DNA of 64,000 nucleotides, taken from contig OX597823.1 of the NCBI GenBank assembly GCA_951406725.2, positions 86,986,001-87,050,000 of the forward strand. The letters are read 5' to 3'. Every line of letters begins with the position of its first letter. The first letter of the stretch is position 1. This DNA comes from Octopus vulgaris (taxonomy: Eukaryota). The notes below the pieces were generated by a model that had not been told where the DNA came from, ran no database searches, and was given only the letters and a program-made list of their open reading frames with translations. A program made the translations under genes and the position numbers. Below, piece after piece: positions 12,601 to 23,685 of this stretch.

Positions 12601-13630
12601 AAGGCCGGCCCTTTGAAATACAGGTACAACAGAAACAGGAAGTAAGAGTGAGAGAAAGTTGTGGTGAAAGAGTACAGCAGTGATCACCACCATCCTGCCG
12701 GAGCCTCGTGGAGCTTTAGGTGTTTTCGCTCAATAAACACTCACAACGCCCGGTCTGGGAATCGAAACCGCGATCCTATGACCGCGAGTCCACTGCCCTA
12801 ACCACTGGGCCATTGCGCCTCCACTGAGGTTCATATACACAATTTTGATTATGATAAATAGGCAACGTAAATGTAAATTGTTGCCGTATTTCCACCTAAT
12901 ATTATTTTCAAAATGGAAAAAGCTACAGAAGTACTTAACCAAAATTGGAAGTACGTTTTCTCTGTGTGCGAGGAAACAAGAATCCTCTCATACTTTTGTT
13001 ACCTATCACACCATTTTCTCCTTTGGCTTCAAATGATATACTCGCGAAAGCAATGCTAATCTCAATGTAGGTAATAAAACATTGAAAATGGTACTGAATT
13101 TAATGCTATGCAACCTCGATTTATGAATTTAATTCGTTCGGGAAGGCCGTTTATCGCTCGAAATATTAAAAGCGAAATTATTTTTCCATAGCAATCTAAA
13201 GAGAAAGCAGAGTGAATTCGTTCGTAAAGGATGTCTACAGAGCGAAAGCTAGAATTCAACAGACGTTCTCCGGTTAATACTCCCTATTTGCCAACTGTCG
13301 TTGGCGTTTTGCGGCTTCGTTATTCAAGACAACATTTGTCACCGAGGCGCTTCATATCCGCAAAGTCATTCGTTATCAATTCTTTCGTGATGAGAGGAAT
13401 TCGTAAACTGAATTTCAACTGTGTATAAACAGAAAATGAAGCATTTACATTTGAAATCATTGAATTATACATGAATATTCTAGGCTAAACGCATTAATAC
13501 TATAAGATGCATATAAATTAATTAATGAAATCGAAAAGATGTCAAAACAAGCTTTTTTCTCCAACTTACTGGGTACTGCATAGCAGCAGGCTACCACTGC
13601 AAGGATAACCAAACCAAGAGATTTACACAT
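7285..13630 (-). CDS. Secreted S1A (trypsin/chymotrypsin-fold) serine protease, 6 coding exons, 257 aa
   Basis: Manual splicing with GT-AG sites and matching phases (1,2,1,1,0) gives an uninterrupted 774-nt ORF: [257 protein letters not shown]. Signal peptide, IVGG, TAAHC, DIAVL, GWG and GDSGG motifs are all present. Confidence 0.95.
8541..8686 (-). CDS. Protease coding exon 5
   Basis: TATCTAG acceptor, GTAAGA donor; encodes ...DKCQQY...HICAG...GKNICN (also seen in ORF 8487..8711). Confidence 0.96.
8804..8935 (-). CDS. Protease coding exon 4 (catalytic Asp, GWG)
   Basis: TTTTTCAG acceptor, GTATGT donor; encodes DNDIAVLEL...CVTAGWGST. Confidence 0.96.
9886..10007 (-). CDS. Protease coding exon 3
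   Basis: TTTCTCCAG acceptor, GTAGGT donor; 122 nt; phases 2/1 fit the neighbouring exons; encodes ...VANFGS...WVLHRQY... Confidence 0.9.
11947..12103 (-). CDS. Protease coding exon 2 (propeptide, IVGG, catalytic His)
   Basis: TTTTCAG acceptor, GTAAGT donor; encodes [10 protein letters not shown]...CGATLIS...TAAHC. Confidence 0.96.
12439..12824 (-). mobile_element. tRNA-derived SINE family C in a protease intron, perfect 12-bp TSD
   Basis: Head GGAGGCGCAATGGCCCAGTGGTTAGG..GTTTCGATTCCC; TGAGGTTCATAT at 12427-12438 and 12825-12836. Confidence 0.9.
13570..13630 (-). CDS. Protease coding exon 1 (signal peptide [20 protein letters not shown])
   Basis: ACC-ATG at 13630; hydrophobic leader; donor GTAAGT at 13569-13564; acceptor TCTCAG upstream, so the exon begins at 13644. 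Confidence 0.88.
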
Positions 13631-13755
13631 GGTGATCAAAAAACCTGAGATATGCATGCAGACAGTTTGCAAGACACATTTATAGAAATTCAGTTGCCCC
13701 CGCCTCACTCTATGTCTTTCTTTGTATATACATACATAAATCCGCAGACGCAAAA

Positions 13756-13902
<147 letters not shown>

Positions 13903-13922
13903 CATATACATATACATATTTA

Positions 13923-13961
<39 letters not shown>

Positions 13962-14640
13962 AGAGAGAGAGAGAGAGAGATGAGTGTATTTTTCCCTTGT
14001 ATATTTATTTAGATATGTATATGTTTGTACATATGTGTATATTTATCTATACATACATATACACATACATACATACTTACATACCACACATATAACCATG
14101 GCTTTCAAATCATATTTTTCATATGTTAAATGTAAAGAAGGAAACGTTCATTTAAATAAAATAGAGATTACTGCCTGTTGCTTGGAGGTCAATATTTCCT
14201 ATTATTTCCATTGAAACAATCAATAGAGCCATTATTTTCATACGCTTCAATGTAAAAGAAATTTTCTTAAAGAATATAATGACATCTCTGAAACTGATAG
14301 GATCGTGTTAATCTGACGCATTTCACAGAAATTTTCGTTTGTCTCGAACAAAAGTCTTAGCAGAAAGGAAGAAAACGTTATATACTGTTATAGTAATAGG
14401 CTTATTATTAAGGTTATTCTCAATACTTTTCTACAGTGCATTTGTCATACTTCGTATTGAGGTAAGTTAAAAGTTTCCACAAAGAATTAAACGTTGTCTG
14501 TAAAAACAAATATCAATATATTTCCTTTATATTTTGTTGCTATGAAAACAAGTTCTAAGCTCAGCTGTTAACTCTCAAACGTCTTCTTTAGCTGTGCCAT
14601 ATGGCCAGACATGTTTCTGAAGAAATAAATAACAACCTAC

Positions 14641-14697
14641 CAGACAAAATACCATACAAGTGACCTCATAGCATGCCTCTACAATCGTTCTTCTAAA
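14641..14697 (-). other. Probable non-coding first exon (5' UTR) of the protease
   Basis: Donor CTG|GTAGGT at 14640; TATA box ~30 nt upstream of the inferred start; the ATG-bearing exon begins with an acceptor, which suggests an upstream exon. TSS is approximate. Confidence 0.6.
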
Positions 14698-14720
14698 TAT
14701 TCAACAATATGCATCGATTG

Positions 14721-14726
14721 TTTATA
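14721..14726 (-). promoter_or_regulatory. TATA box (CTATAAA) of the protease gene
   Basis: tttatag on the + strand; about 80 nt upstream of the putative exon-1 donor. Confidence 0.55.
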
Positions 14727-15395
14727 GGAATCTCTACAGGTCCGTATATCACATCAAACAATACTACAACCAAACTTTGCTAAATAGGTTTAAGAAAGCT
14801 GAAATACGTTAGGAATTATCTTCGTATTCCCGAAAATATGACTTCGTTTCTCTCCCTACTCACTTATTTTAATTACAGGTACTACACCAACATTTCTGAG
14901 ACTGATAGTCAGGAACCTCTTATAATCCACACTAGTTTACTAATTCTAGCGGTTGCCAATCTAGTTTACTGCTACCGTGTGCAGTTCAATATTAATAAAA
15001 TGATATCATAGATACTAAGGTACAGGTTCCTGTATCTTATTTAATGATTTAAGTAAATCAAATATCCATGTAATTTACATTGTGGCCAGATCCTATTTCG
15101 GAAAATTAACCGAATTTACTATTATTTACAACTTCAGTCATTCTGATGTAACTGTCGTCAGCACGTTTTCTTGAAAGATAAGAGACAGAAAAATACATGT
15201 TGTGTATTACACGACATATCCATACAAAATATTACTTCCAAACGAACACCGGGCTAAGTTTTATTTATCACAATGTGTATACATTAAGTATCATATATGA
15301 ATGGCCATTTTACACTAATACTACTCCTTTTGCATATGATTGACTTCTATTGAACTGGCCGGTTAATTGCCATACCACTGATGGCTTTAACTGTT

Positions 15396-15457
<62 letters not shown>

Positions 15458-15707
15458 GATGAGTTTTGTCTAAATATTTTAGCTGTGTAATTACATAATT
15501 TTCTCGAGCGATACGGTTAGGAATATAGGATAGAGAGGATCTCTACTCAAAAACCATGAAGGTGAATACGAGGTAGTATCTTAATATAATGAAAGAACAT
15601 GCGAGGTGAAGAGCTGACAGAATGGTTAGTACGCCAAGCAATAATGCCTGGAGTATTTCGTTCGTCTTTACCTTCTGACTTTAAATTTCATCGTTACAAG
15701 ATCGACG

Positions 15708-15834
15708 AACCACATGGCTCTGGGTTCAGTCCCACTGCATGGCACTTTGGGCAAGTTTCTTCTATTATAGCCTCGGGCCGACCAAAGCCTTGTGAGTGGA
15801 TTTGGTAGACGGAAACTGAAAGAAGCCCGTCGTA

Positions 15835-15890
<56 letters not shown>

Positions 15891-16119
15891 AGTATGTTTG
15901 TGTGTCTGTGTTTGTCCCCCCACCATCAACATAGCTAGACAACCGATGCTGGTATGTTTACGTCTCCGTAGGTTAGTGGTTCGGCAGAAGAGACCGATAG
16001 AATAAGTTCTATGCTTACAAAGAATAAGTCTTGGGGTCGATTTTCTCTACTAAAGGCGGTGCTCCAGCATGGTAGCAGTGAAATGACTGAAATAAGTAAA
16101 AGAGAAAAGAGTAAAAGAG
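15708..16119 (+). mobile_element. tRNA-derived SINE family B with internal (TA)n
   Basis: GGTTCAGTCCCACTG..TTGGGCAAGT (CORE-like)..GATTTGGTAGACGGAAACTGAAAGAAGCCCGTCG-(TA)n-..GTAAAAGA tail. Confidence 0.9.
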
Positions 16120-16252
16120 CTGGTAGGCAGTAAGTCGCTATAATCGACTTACTGCCTACCCCGAATTTGCTGGGCTTGTGTTAACCAATACAATGAACGA
16201 TAATTAATCGAATTCTAATTATTTCTTTCTCTTCGTTACACGTGAAATCTCG

Positions 16253-16612
16253 TTACCTCCGCCTTCGCTTGTTTTAGTCGTGTTCGTTTGTTTGTTTGTC
16301 CGTGGACAAGATATCTCAAGAACTGCTGAATGGATTCGGATGAAACTTGCAGGGATGTTTGGCCTCGTGACTGATCAGATTTTAGGATGGATCACGTACA
16401 GGATAAGGATTCTGGATTATTTATCCTGATTTTTTTGTTTTTTTTTTGTACTTAATGTTTGAGAGCGGTAGGGTTCATTTTCAGTATTCTCGTGTGTGAG
16501 AGCAGTCAAAGTTCGTTTCTGATATTCTCACTTTAAAAATCATCTCTGGCTAATCGTTGAGAGGATGTTGGTGTTGTCTTGGCGGAGGTTTGCGCTCTCT
16601 GAGTGCTCTTGT
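16253..16612 (+). mobile_element. Helentron-associated (HINE-like) element
   Basis: Subterminal IR ACCTCCGCC / GGCGGAGGT plus 3' hairpin GCGCTC-TCT-GAGTGC; second copy on the minus strand at ~53415-53920. Confidence 0.65.
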
Positions 16613-17011
16613 TATTAATATTTTGTTCACTTATTAAATAGTATCCTCCATATTACAATCTGTGTTTCATACAGATGTCAACCATGTGGTCTCTCTTCTT
16701 ACCATCCATTCAAGATATTGCTTTTCCTTTCTGTTTTGATATTTCTCCAATGAGTGGCAAGTAACTATAAAACATTAAACTTCACTAAGGAGGTCTTGTT
16801 AGACTGAAACATGCAGTGAATTGTTAACAAGCAGTAGATTGTATTTACGTGATGACTAAGATCGTCAGATATGATTCTTATCTTCGAAATCGCTGGCCTC
16901 ACGTTCCTGGATATTTTGGGCAGTAAGGCGATGTGGCAGGACTTCTATTAATGTGTGTGATCATTTTTTATTTCTTAAAAGCCTTTAAAAAATCATTATC
17001 AAAGTCTAGAG

Positions 17012-17300
17012 CAGTGGTTCCTAAACTTTTTTCAGGCAGCCGCCCTCTTGGCACCCGGTACACATTCATAGAGTCCACTCAACCCCCACTCGCCACCAAA
17101 AACATAGACCCCTTCCAGTAGCAAATTCAAAACAATACTGTTTCCCAAAATTTAAAAACCTAATTAACCAATTATTTTGGGGTTTTTTACACCCATCGCT
17201 CTATTTTTGCCACCCTATTATTACCCCACTTATCTTCAACACCCCTATGGATCTTTCCATCGCCCTTGGGGGGCAGTACAGCCTATTTTGAGAACCACAG
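17012..17300. mobile_element. hAT (Charlie-like) MITE
   Basis: TIRs CAGTGGTTCCTAAA / TTTGAGAACCACAG; flanks GTCTAGAG / GTCTATGT fit the NTCTAGAN 8-bp target. Confidence 0.75.
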
Positions 17301-17576
17301 GTCTATGTTAGGTATAAGGGAATTGACTAATCTAACATTAGAGTTTATAGTAATTGTCAGACCAAGAGATCCGAAAGTTTCCGTACAACTTCATTACATA
17401 TCTAACGTTTGCCCAAATACAGGGTTGGAAATGAGTCAGCTTTCATCACAATACAGTTTAAAGTGAATAGAATAATATCTTTACTGTTCAGTTCTATATT
17501 TAAGAGATGAGGAATTACGTAAACTATTTACTTTATTTACATTTGACGGATATTTGTCTTCATCTTGTTTGTTGTT

Positions 17577-17622
17577 AACACAACATTTCGGCTGATATAC
17601 CCTCCAGCCTTCATCAGGTGTC
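17577..17622 (-). ncRNA. Minimal type I hammerhead ribozyme
   Basis: GACAC-CTGATGA-A-GGCTG(10nt)CAGCC-GAAAT-GTT-GTGTT. Confidence 0.7.
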
Positions 17623-17701
17623 TTGCGGAAATTTTAAACCTGGGTTCTCATTCCTAAGGTATTTTTCGATGCTATTAAGGTCACTGCCCGGAATCGAATA
17701 A

Positions 17702-17797
<96 letters not shown>

Positions 17798-17799
17798 TG

Positions 17800-17830
<31 letters not shown>

Positions 17831-17897
17831 CAACAACAACAACAACAACAATCGATATATACCTTAGGAATGAGATCCAAGGTTCGAAATTTCCCAC

Positions 17898-17943
17898 GAC
17901 ACCTGATGGAGGCTGGAGGGTATATCAGCTGAAACGTTGTGTT
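17898..17943 (+). ncRNA. Minimal type I hammerhead ribozyme, core-mutated
   Basis: GACAC-CTGATGG-A-GGCTG..CAGCT-GAAAC-GTT-GTGTT. Confidence 0.55.
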
Positions 17944-18154
17944 AACAACAAACAAGAAGAGGACAAATATCCGTCAAATGTAAATAATGTAAATAATGTA
18001 AATAACGTAAATAATCTTTACTGTTTTACTTATATTTGTGGAGCATTTTATGCTTGTCAAATACGAACATGAACGTCCATCCTGTCAGAGTATCTATAGT
18101 CGTATTAAAGGTTTATTTTTGGTGCAATTTTCAGTTTTTCTCGCATGTCCTTGT

Positions 18155-18546
18155 CAGGGGTGTGATTGGGTGGTAAAAAGTTTGCTTTTCAACCACATGG
18201 TTCCATATTCAGTCACACTCTGTGGCACCTTGAATACGTATTTCTAATATAGACTTGGTTTAACCAAAGCATTGTGAGCAGATTTGGTAGACCGAAACTG
18301 AAAGAAGCCCGTCATATGTGTGTATGTGTGTATGTGACTATCTTTCTGTCTGTGTTTGACCTCCATCATCGCTTGGCAACCAGTGTTGGTTTGTTTATGT
18401 CCCCATAATTTAGCGGATCAGCAAAAAGACCAATAGTATAAGTACTAGGCATTAAAAGAAAAGCCCTGGGGTGGATTTGTTTGTCTAAAAGCCTCCAAGA
18501 CGTGTTCCAGCGTGACCATAGACAAATGAGTGAAACAAGTAAAAAG
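18155..18546 (+). mobile_element. SINE family B, older copy
   Basis: Same head, GAAACTGAAAGAAGCCCGTC and tail motifs. Confidence 0.8.
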
Positions 18547-18959
18547 TGACGGAAAAAATATGTGTTTTTTGCTTTTTGCTTGCCCCTTTGTACATTTTCA
18601 TTTTCACTACTTGTACAAAGAGGCGATCAAAAAGCAAAATAAAAGAAAACAAAGAGTGTAATAAGCAACGCAGGAAGTAAACAAAAATAAATCATAACTG
18701 AGTGGTAACATTTAGTTGAGATGACCCGGAAGTTGTTGCTCTTCGGTTACTATCGCATACAGCAGTAGCTTTGTGGAGCTGGATACACGTTGTTGATTAG
18801 TTAAAATTACCAAAATACGACACGAAATAACTTCTAAATACGAAAGTTTGTCAAAATTGTTGAAAGTAAACCGTGTTCAACGTGAGAAATTACACCAGTA
18901 CGCGGAGTTTCAAACTGTTTTTTTAAGAAATAGTAATTAAAATATCTTTGAGCGAAGCT

Positions 18960-21175
18960 GAAGAGATTCCAGTGCAGTACTGTACTGTAATTTTATTAAT
19001 TGATTTATTAATTTTAGGCGTGACAATGCTTATTTTACCACAGAAATAATTAAAATCTAAAGAAAAATATAAATACCAATAGGCTGCAGAAACCCACAAT
19101 ATGCTGAGGAGCCCGCGATATAAACTTACAGGGTGGTATGGCAAGTGATTACTGCATGTACTTACAGACAAAGTAGCGTCTACATGCTGTGTACCTATGC
19201 TGGGTCGTGGTATTAGCACGCCGGGCGAAATGCTTACCGGTATTTCGTCTGCCGTTACGTTCTGAGTTCAAATACCGCCGAGGTGGACTTTGCCTTTCAT
19301 CCTTTCGGGGTCGATAAATTAAGTACCAGTTACGCATTGAGGTCGATGTAAACGACTTAATACCTATGTCTGTCCTTGTTTGTCCCCTCTATGTTTAGCC
19401 CCCTGTGGGTAATAAAGAAATAGGTATGTAAATGTGTGTTTGCGTATGTGCTTGAGTGTGAAGCGCATGTATACGTACTGTGATGTCGATCAACTGATCA
19501 GCAGTACTTAGTCGCCGGCTAGTCTTCCCTAAACGATCAACACTTAGCAGTCGGTTAGCCTTTATCTTCACCCTTAAGTTTACGACTGCTATGGTTTCCC
19601 CTTAATGACAGCAAATATCCGTTCCTTTCCCCCTCCTCTTTCTTCCCCTCACTCACTTTTCCTTCATTCTTGTAAAGTCTCTATGATGCCACTCCCACAA
19701 TTTTGATCTTATCATTTCCATTTAAATATTTCTTGACCTTATATTTCGCGATGGTCATTATATTATTTATTTATCTTTTGACCAAATGTACACACGCACT
19801 ATATATATATAACACGCACTATATAGCAGTTATATATATGTATATATACATAACAAGCATTATATATATATTCTCGTTCTTCACTTTATTATTGTTCTTA
19901 TTTTATCTTATGTCTATTGTTTGGAAAACATTAGTCACATTTCTGTGATCACTTAAGCGACTTTCTTTCCACGCTTCCTCTGGTACTGTTCTGCACGTGT
20001 TTATTTGGCAAAAATAAATAATAATTCATCCTGATATACAATAACTGCTTCAACACATGATTTCATATCAGGAATCTTGCAAAGTAAATCCATAAACGTA
20101 CGTTTTGACTGTTTTATGTTTATGAAATTTTTGTTATTTTTATTCTATACTTCCAGAACGTAGAGTTAAAATTCAGTAATGCAATGGTGACTAACACGAA
20201 AAATGCACAATTTTCTGTTTGTTTTGCTAACATATAAACTGCAAACAAATATAGACGGTCAATTATCCACCTTCAGTCTATGAATTTCTATTTTACGACA
20301 ATCGTATGCGTGTTAATGTATATTTTCCTATTATTTCCTCTGCTCTCCCGCAAAACCTCAGAGATTATTTATTTATTTTTTTTTATGCGTAATTACTTTT
20401 AACGAATATACTGTTATTTAGATGCTCTGGTTATATTACAGCAAAACAGTTGTAATGATGCTTAACTAAGGCTGGAGCTCGTGTCATGAATATAAATAGA
20501 AAACAAAAACGAGTTCAAAAATATCTTCACAAAATTTATTCATCAACGAGGTGTCAGGGTCCTATTAATGGATGGAATTCTCGTTTACCTTATTCTAAAC
20601 CAAACCTAACTCTGTTTCTCTCCTTTAGTTTGCGATTTCATCCATAACAATTTTTGCTCCATGTAATCCATTTTTACTTGTACGCTATCCAAATAGATAA
20701 AAATAAAACTCTCTAAAAAGGGGATACCTAAAATGTATTACTTCAATACATGTTAGTGACTTTAGCACTAAAAGAAAAACTACGAAGTGATTGAAATCAA
20801 AATCAAAATTGTATAAAGACAACATGGCTGCCATTCAAGTTATGTGTGTCCTGAACACTCACACACACACACACACACACGCGCACACACATGTTTATTT
20901 ACGAATGCGTGTAAAGACAGATAATGGAGGGAATGCGTTCAAGTTTCAGTCCGTGTATAATATTGTTTTCAAATTTCGACACTAAGCCAGCAATTTTGTG
21001 GGAGGTGTTTTGTTGGTTATATCGATTCCAGTGTTCAAATGCTACTTATTTTATCGAGTCCGAAAGGATAAAAGGCAAAATGGACATCGGTGGAATTTGA
21101 ACTCAGAAAGTAAAGACGGACGAATTTCCCGCTAAGCATTTTCCACGGCGTGCAGGCGATTTTACAGGCTCCCTG
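18960..21175. repeat. Segmental duplication, copy 2
   Basis: Same orientation as copy 1; 77-nt perfect match 20522-20598 = 3469-3545. Confidence 0.9.
19211..19425 (+). mobile_element. SINE family A, inserted after the segmental duplication
   Basis: Same body and tail; absent at the equivalent point (~1710) of duplication copy 1. Confidence 0.85.
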
Positions 21176-21762
21176 CATTCAGTCCATGTATAACATTGAA
21201 ATTGCCCCACATAGATCCATTATCAATACATATTTACAGATATATGAATAATTTCTATATATTTATTTAATGATGCTATTGTAGCGTACAAAAAATGTCA
21301 CTGCTGGCTCTAAAGATTTGAATTAATATTTGCAATTATAACAAAAAATAAAGCGTCCAATAATCTGGATCATCTTATTTCCTCTCAGTCATGATTTCGA
21401 TCTGACTATAGGAACATATCTTCTCCAGATATGTTAAGCCCATATTGCAGTCCATGTTTCCGATACAGTTTTGGAGCTGGTGTCTTTTATATGAAGTAAG
21501 GTCAACAAAGCTAATACTCGCTCCGAAAGCATCGCCTGTCAATTGCTGACTGCCTTATTATGGGTATAACTTAGTTTTTCTTGCAAGTCCTTGTCAAACA
21601 GTGGTGCTTTCTTTGAATGAACTGGTCTCTAAATCTTGGTTGATTTGAAAAGTGAATAAATTTAGTAAATACTGAGTAAATCTTGGACATATTATAAATA
21701 ATTGTGTCAAATTAATAGATTTTATCTCCCTTTCTCTGTCTCTCTCTCTCTATATATATATA

Positions 21763-21816
<54 letters not shown>

Positions 21817-22928
21817 TAGATAGATACATATACATATATGTATATCTATATCTATATATATATATATATTTATGTGTGTGTGTGTGTGTGTGTTTGTGTG
21901 TACACAGAGACACACACATACACGAACATACGGACACACACATATATAGTTGGTCCAAAAGTTTGTTAACTGCTATATTCTGAGTAATATATTTTATTTG
22001 TGTCTTAAATCCTTGTTACAGTTCTCCAGAATAAAGCGCGTGCTCTAAATCCGTGACATCGCTTCTTTAGGAGAATATTTCACCCGTGCTTCACAAACCA
22101 CAACATACATTGAGCATTCTTTTCATTCAGTTTGGCACACAATCGTATTACTTTTGTATTGGCAATTGCACGAGGTGTAGAGAGGAATTTATAACATTTA
22201 CCTGGCATCTAGCTGTTGCTCTTTTATTTTACCTTCTGTATGATAATTCAATGTCACAGCAATGAAACAATACATATTCAAACATTGCAAACATTGCGAT
22301 AAATCGTCTGAAATTTCTCGAGGTTGAAATCCAGATTATTGAGGGTTTACGATATGCTTGCCGTATAATTGCCGTTCTTACGATGATCATATATATCAGA
22401 TCTGACCATCTAAGCCCCAGGTTAGCGCTTTCGATATCTTCTAATTGCTATCCCGATTTTAAGGTTAAGAATAATGGGGTTTACCTTGTAATTGAATAAA
22501 TTCTAGTTTCTAAGTAGTTAGAAAGATTAAAATTTTATAACTTTTTCTGTCTATTCTCTCGAGTAGCTCATGGGGCTAATATATCAACCTGATATTAAAA
22601 CAATTTCATCGCAAATTTACGATCAGTCTCTACCTGTGATAGACTTGTCTGCATCCCGTCATTTTGACGCTGAAGCCAAATGTTTTCGATTTGCCATCAA
22701 TAACTTGTCTGTTGCTTCATTGCCCATTATTTATATTTACGAAAAAAATAAAGAGGATTAAAGTGAAACCCTGTAGTGACTCTTGGAAAATCTGTTTTAC
22801 TTTCTGTGATCAACATTTTCCCTTTTTTTAGTCTTCATAGAGCAAGATGACAACATCCACGTATTATACCTATATTTCATACGCAAGAAGGAGGCGATTA
22901 TCTTAACTCTGAATAAGATAAGTACCTA

Positions 22929-23002
<74 letters not shown>

Positions 23003-23068
23003 ACTATCTATCTATCTATCTATCTATCTATCCATCATCTATCTATCTATCTATATAACTATCTATCC

Positions 23069-23135
<67 letters not shown>

Positions 23136-23168
23136 CATCTATCTATCCATCCATCTATCTATCTATCC

Positions 23169-23223
<55 letters not shown>

Positions 23224-23268
23224 GATCGATCTACCTATCTATCTATCGATCTACCTATCTATCTATCT
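22929..23268. repeat. (TCTA)n microsatellite
   Basis: Direct reading. Confidence 0.97.
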
Positions 23269-23378
23269 CTGTATGTAATTAATATCAGGGTAATAAATAT
23301 TTATTAGAAATGTCTACCACCAGTGGCCTAGCGTGTAAAAAAAATCATTCAGTAGACCTTATATTATTCATATAAAAA

Positions 23379-23630
23379 CAGTGTACATTTAAACACAGAA
23401 GAGGTATCCGTCATCGAATTCCTGGCACGCTAGAAGGAACAGCTAAAATCCAAATCACTATTGGGGATAAATTTCGAAGGGAATGCAAAATAAAAAAAAT
23501 AGAAGGTAAATGTTTTTATTTTTCATTCCTTTCGAAGTTTATCCCTAATAGTGGTTTGGATTTTAGCTGTTCCTTCTAGCGTGCAAGGAATCCGATGAAG
23601 GATACCTCTTCTGTGTTTAAATGTACACTG
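23379..23630. mobile_element. Fold-back (palindromic) MITE
   Basis: ~115-bp inverted arms with 8 mismatches, short spacer, CAGTG...CACTG|TA termini. Confidence 0.8.
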
Positions 23631-23652
23631 TATTTATATCTCTGTATGTATG

Positions 23653-23685
<33 letters not shown>

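Larger units (their letters stand above)
17489..18013. mobile_element. Head-to-head inverted dimer of family D element around (AAT)n, 12-bp TSD
   Basis: Minus copy 17489-17698, plus copy ~17850-18013; ATCTTTACTGTT at 17477-17488 and 18014-18025. Confidence 0.85.

Noticed and set aside
12745-12822. tRNA-like sequences (also ~39885-39960, 2525-2590)
   Set aside because: No proper acceptor stem, and each is embedded at the 5' end of a repeat, so they are SINE heads rather than tRNA genes
21400-22800. Faint minus-strand resemblance to a CR1/L2 reverse transcriptase (GV.QG..L.PL.F...IN-like near 22730-22785)
   Set aside because: Too degraded to support by eye; needs a profile HMM search
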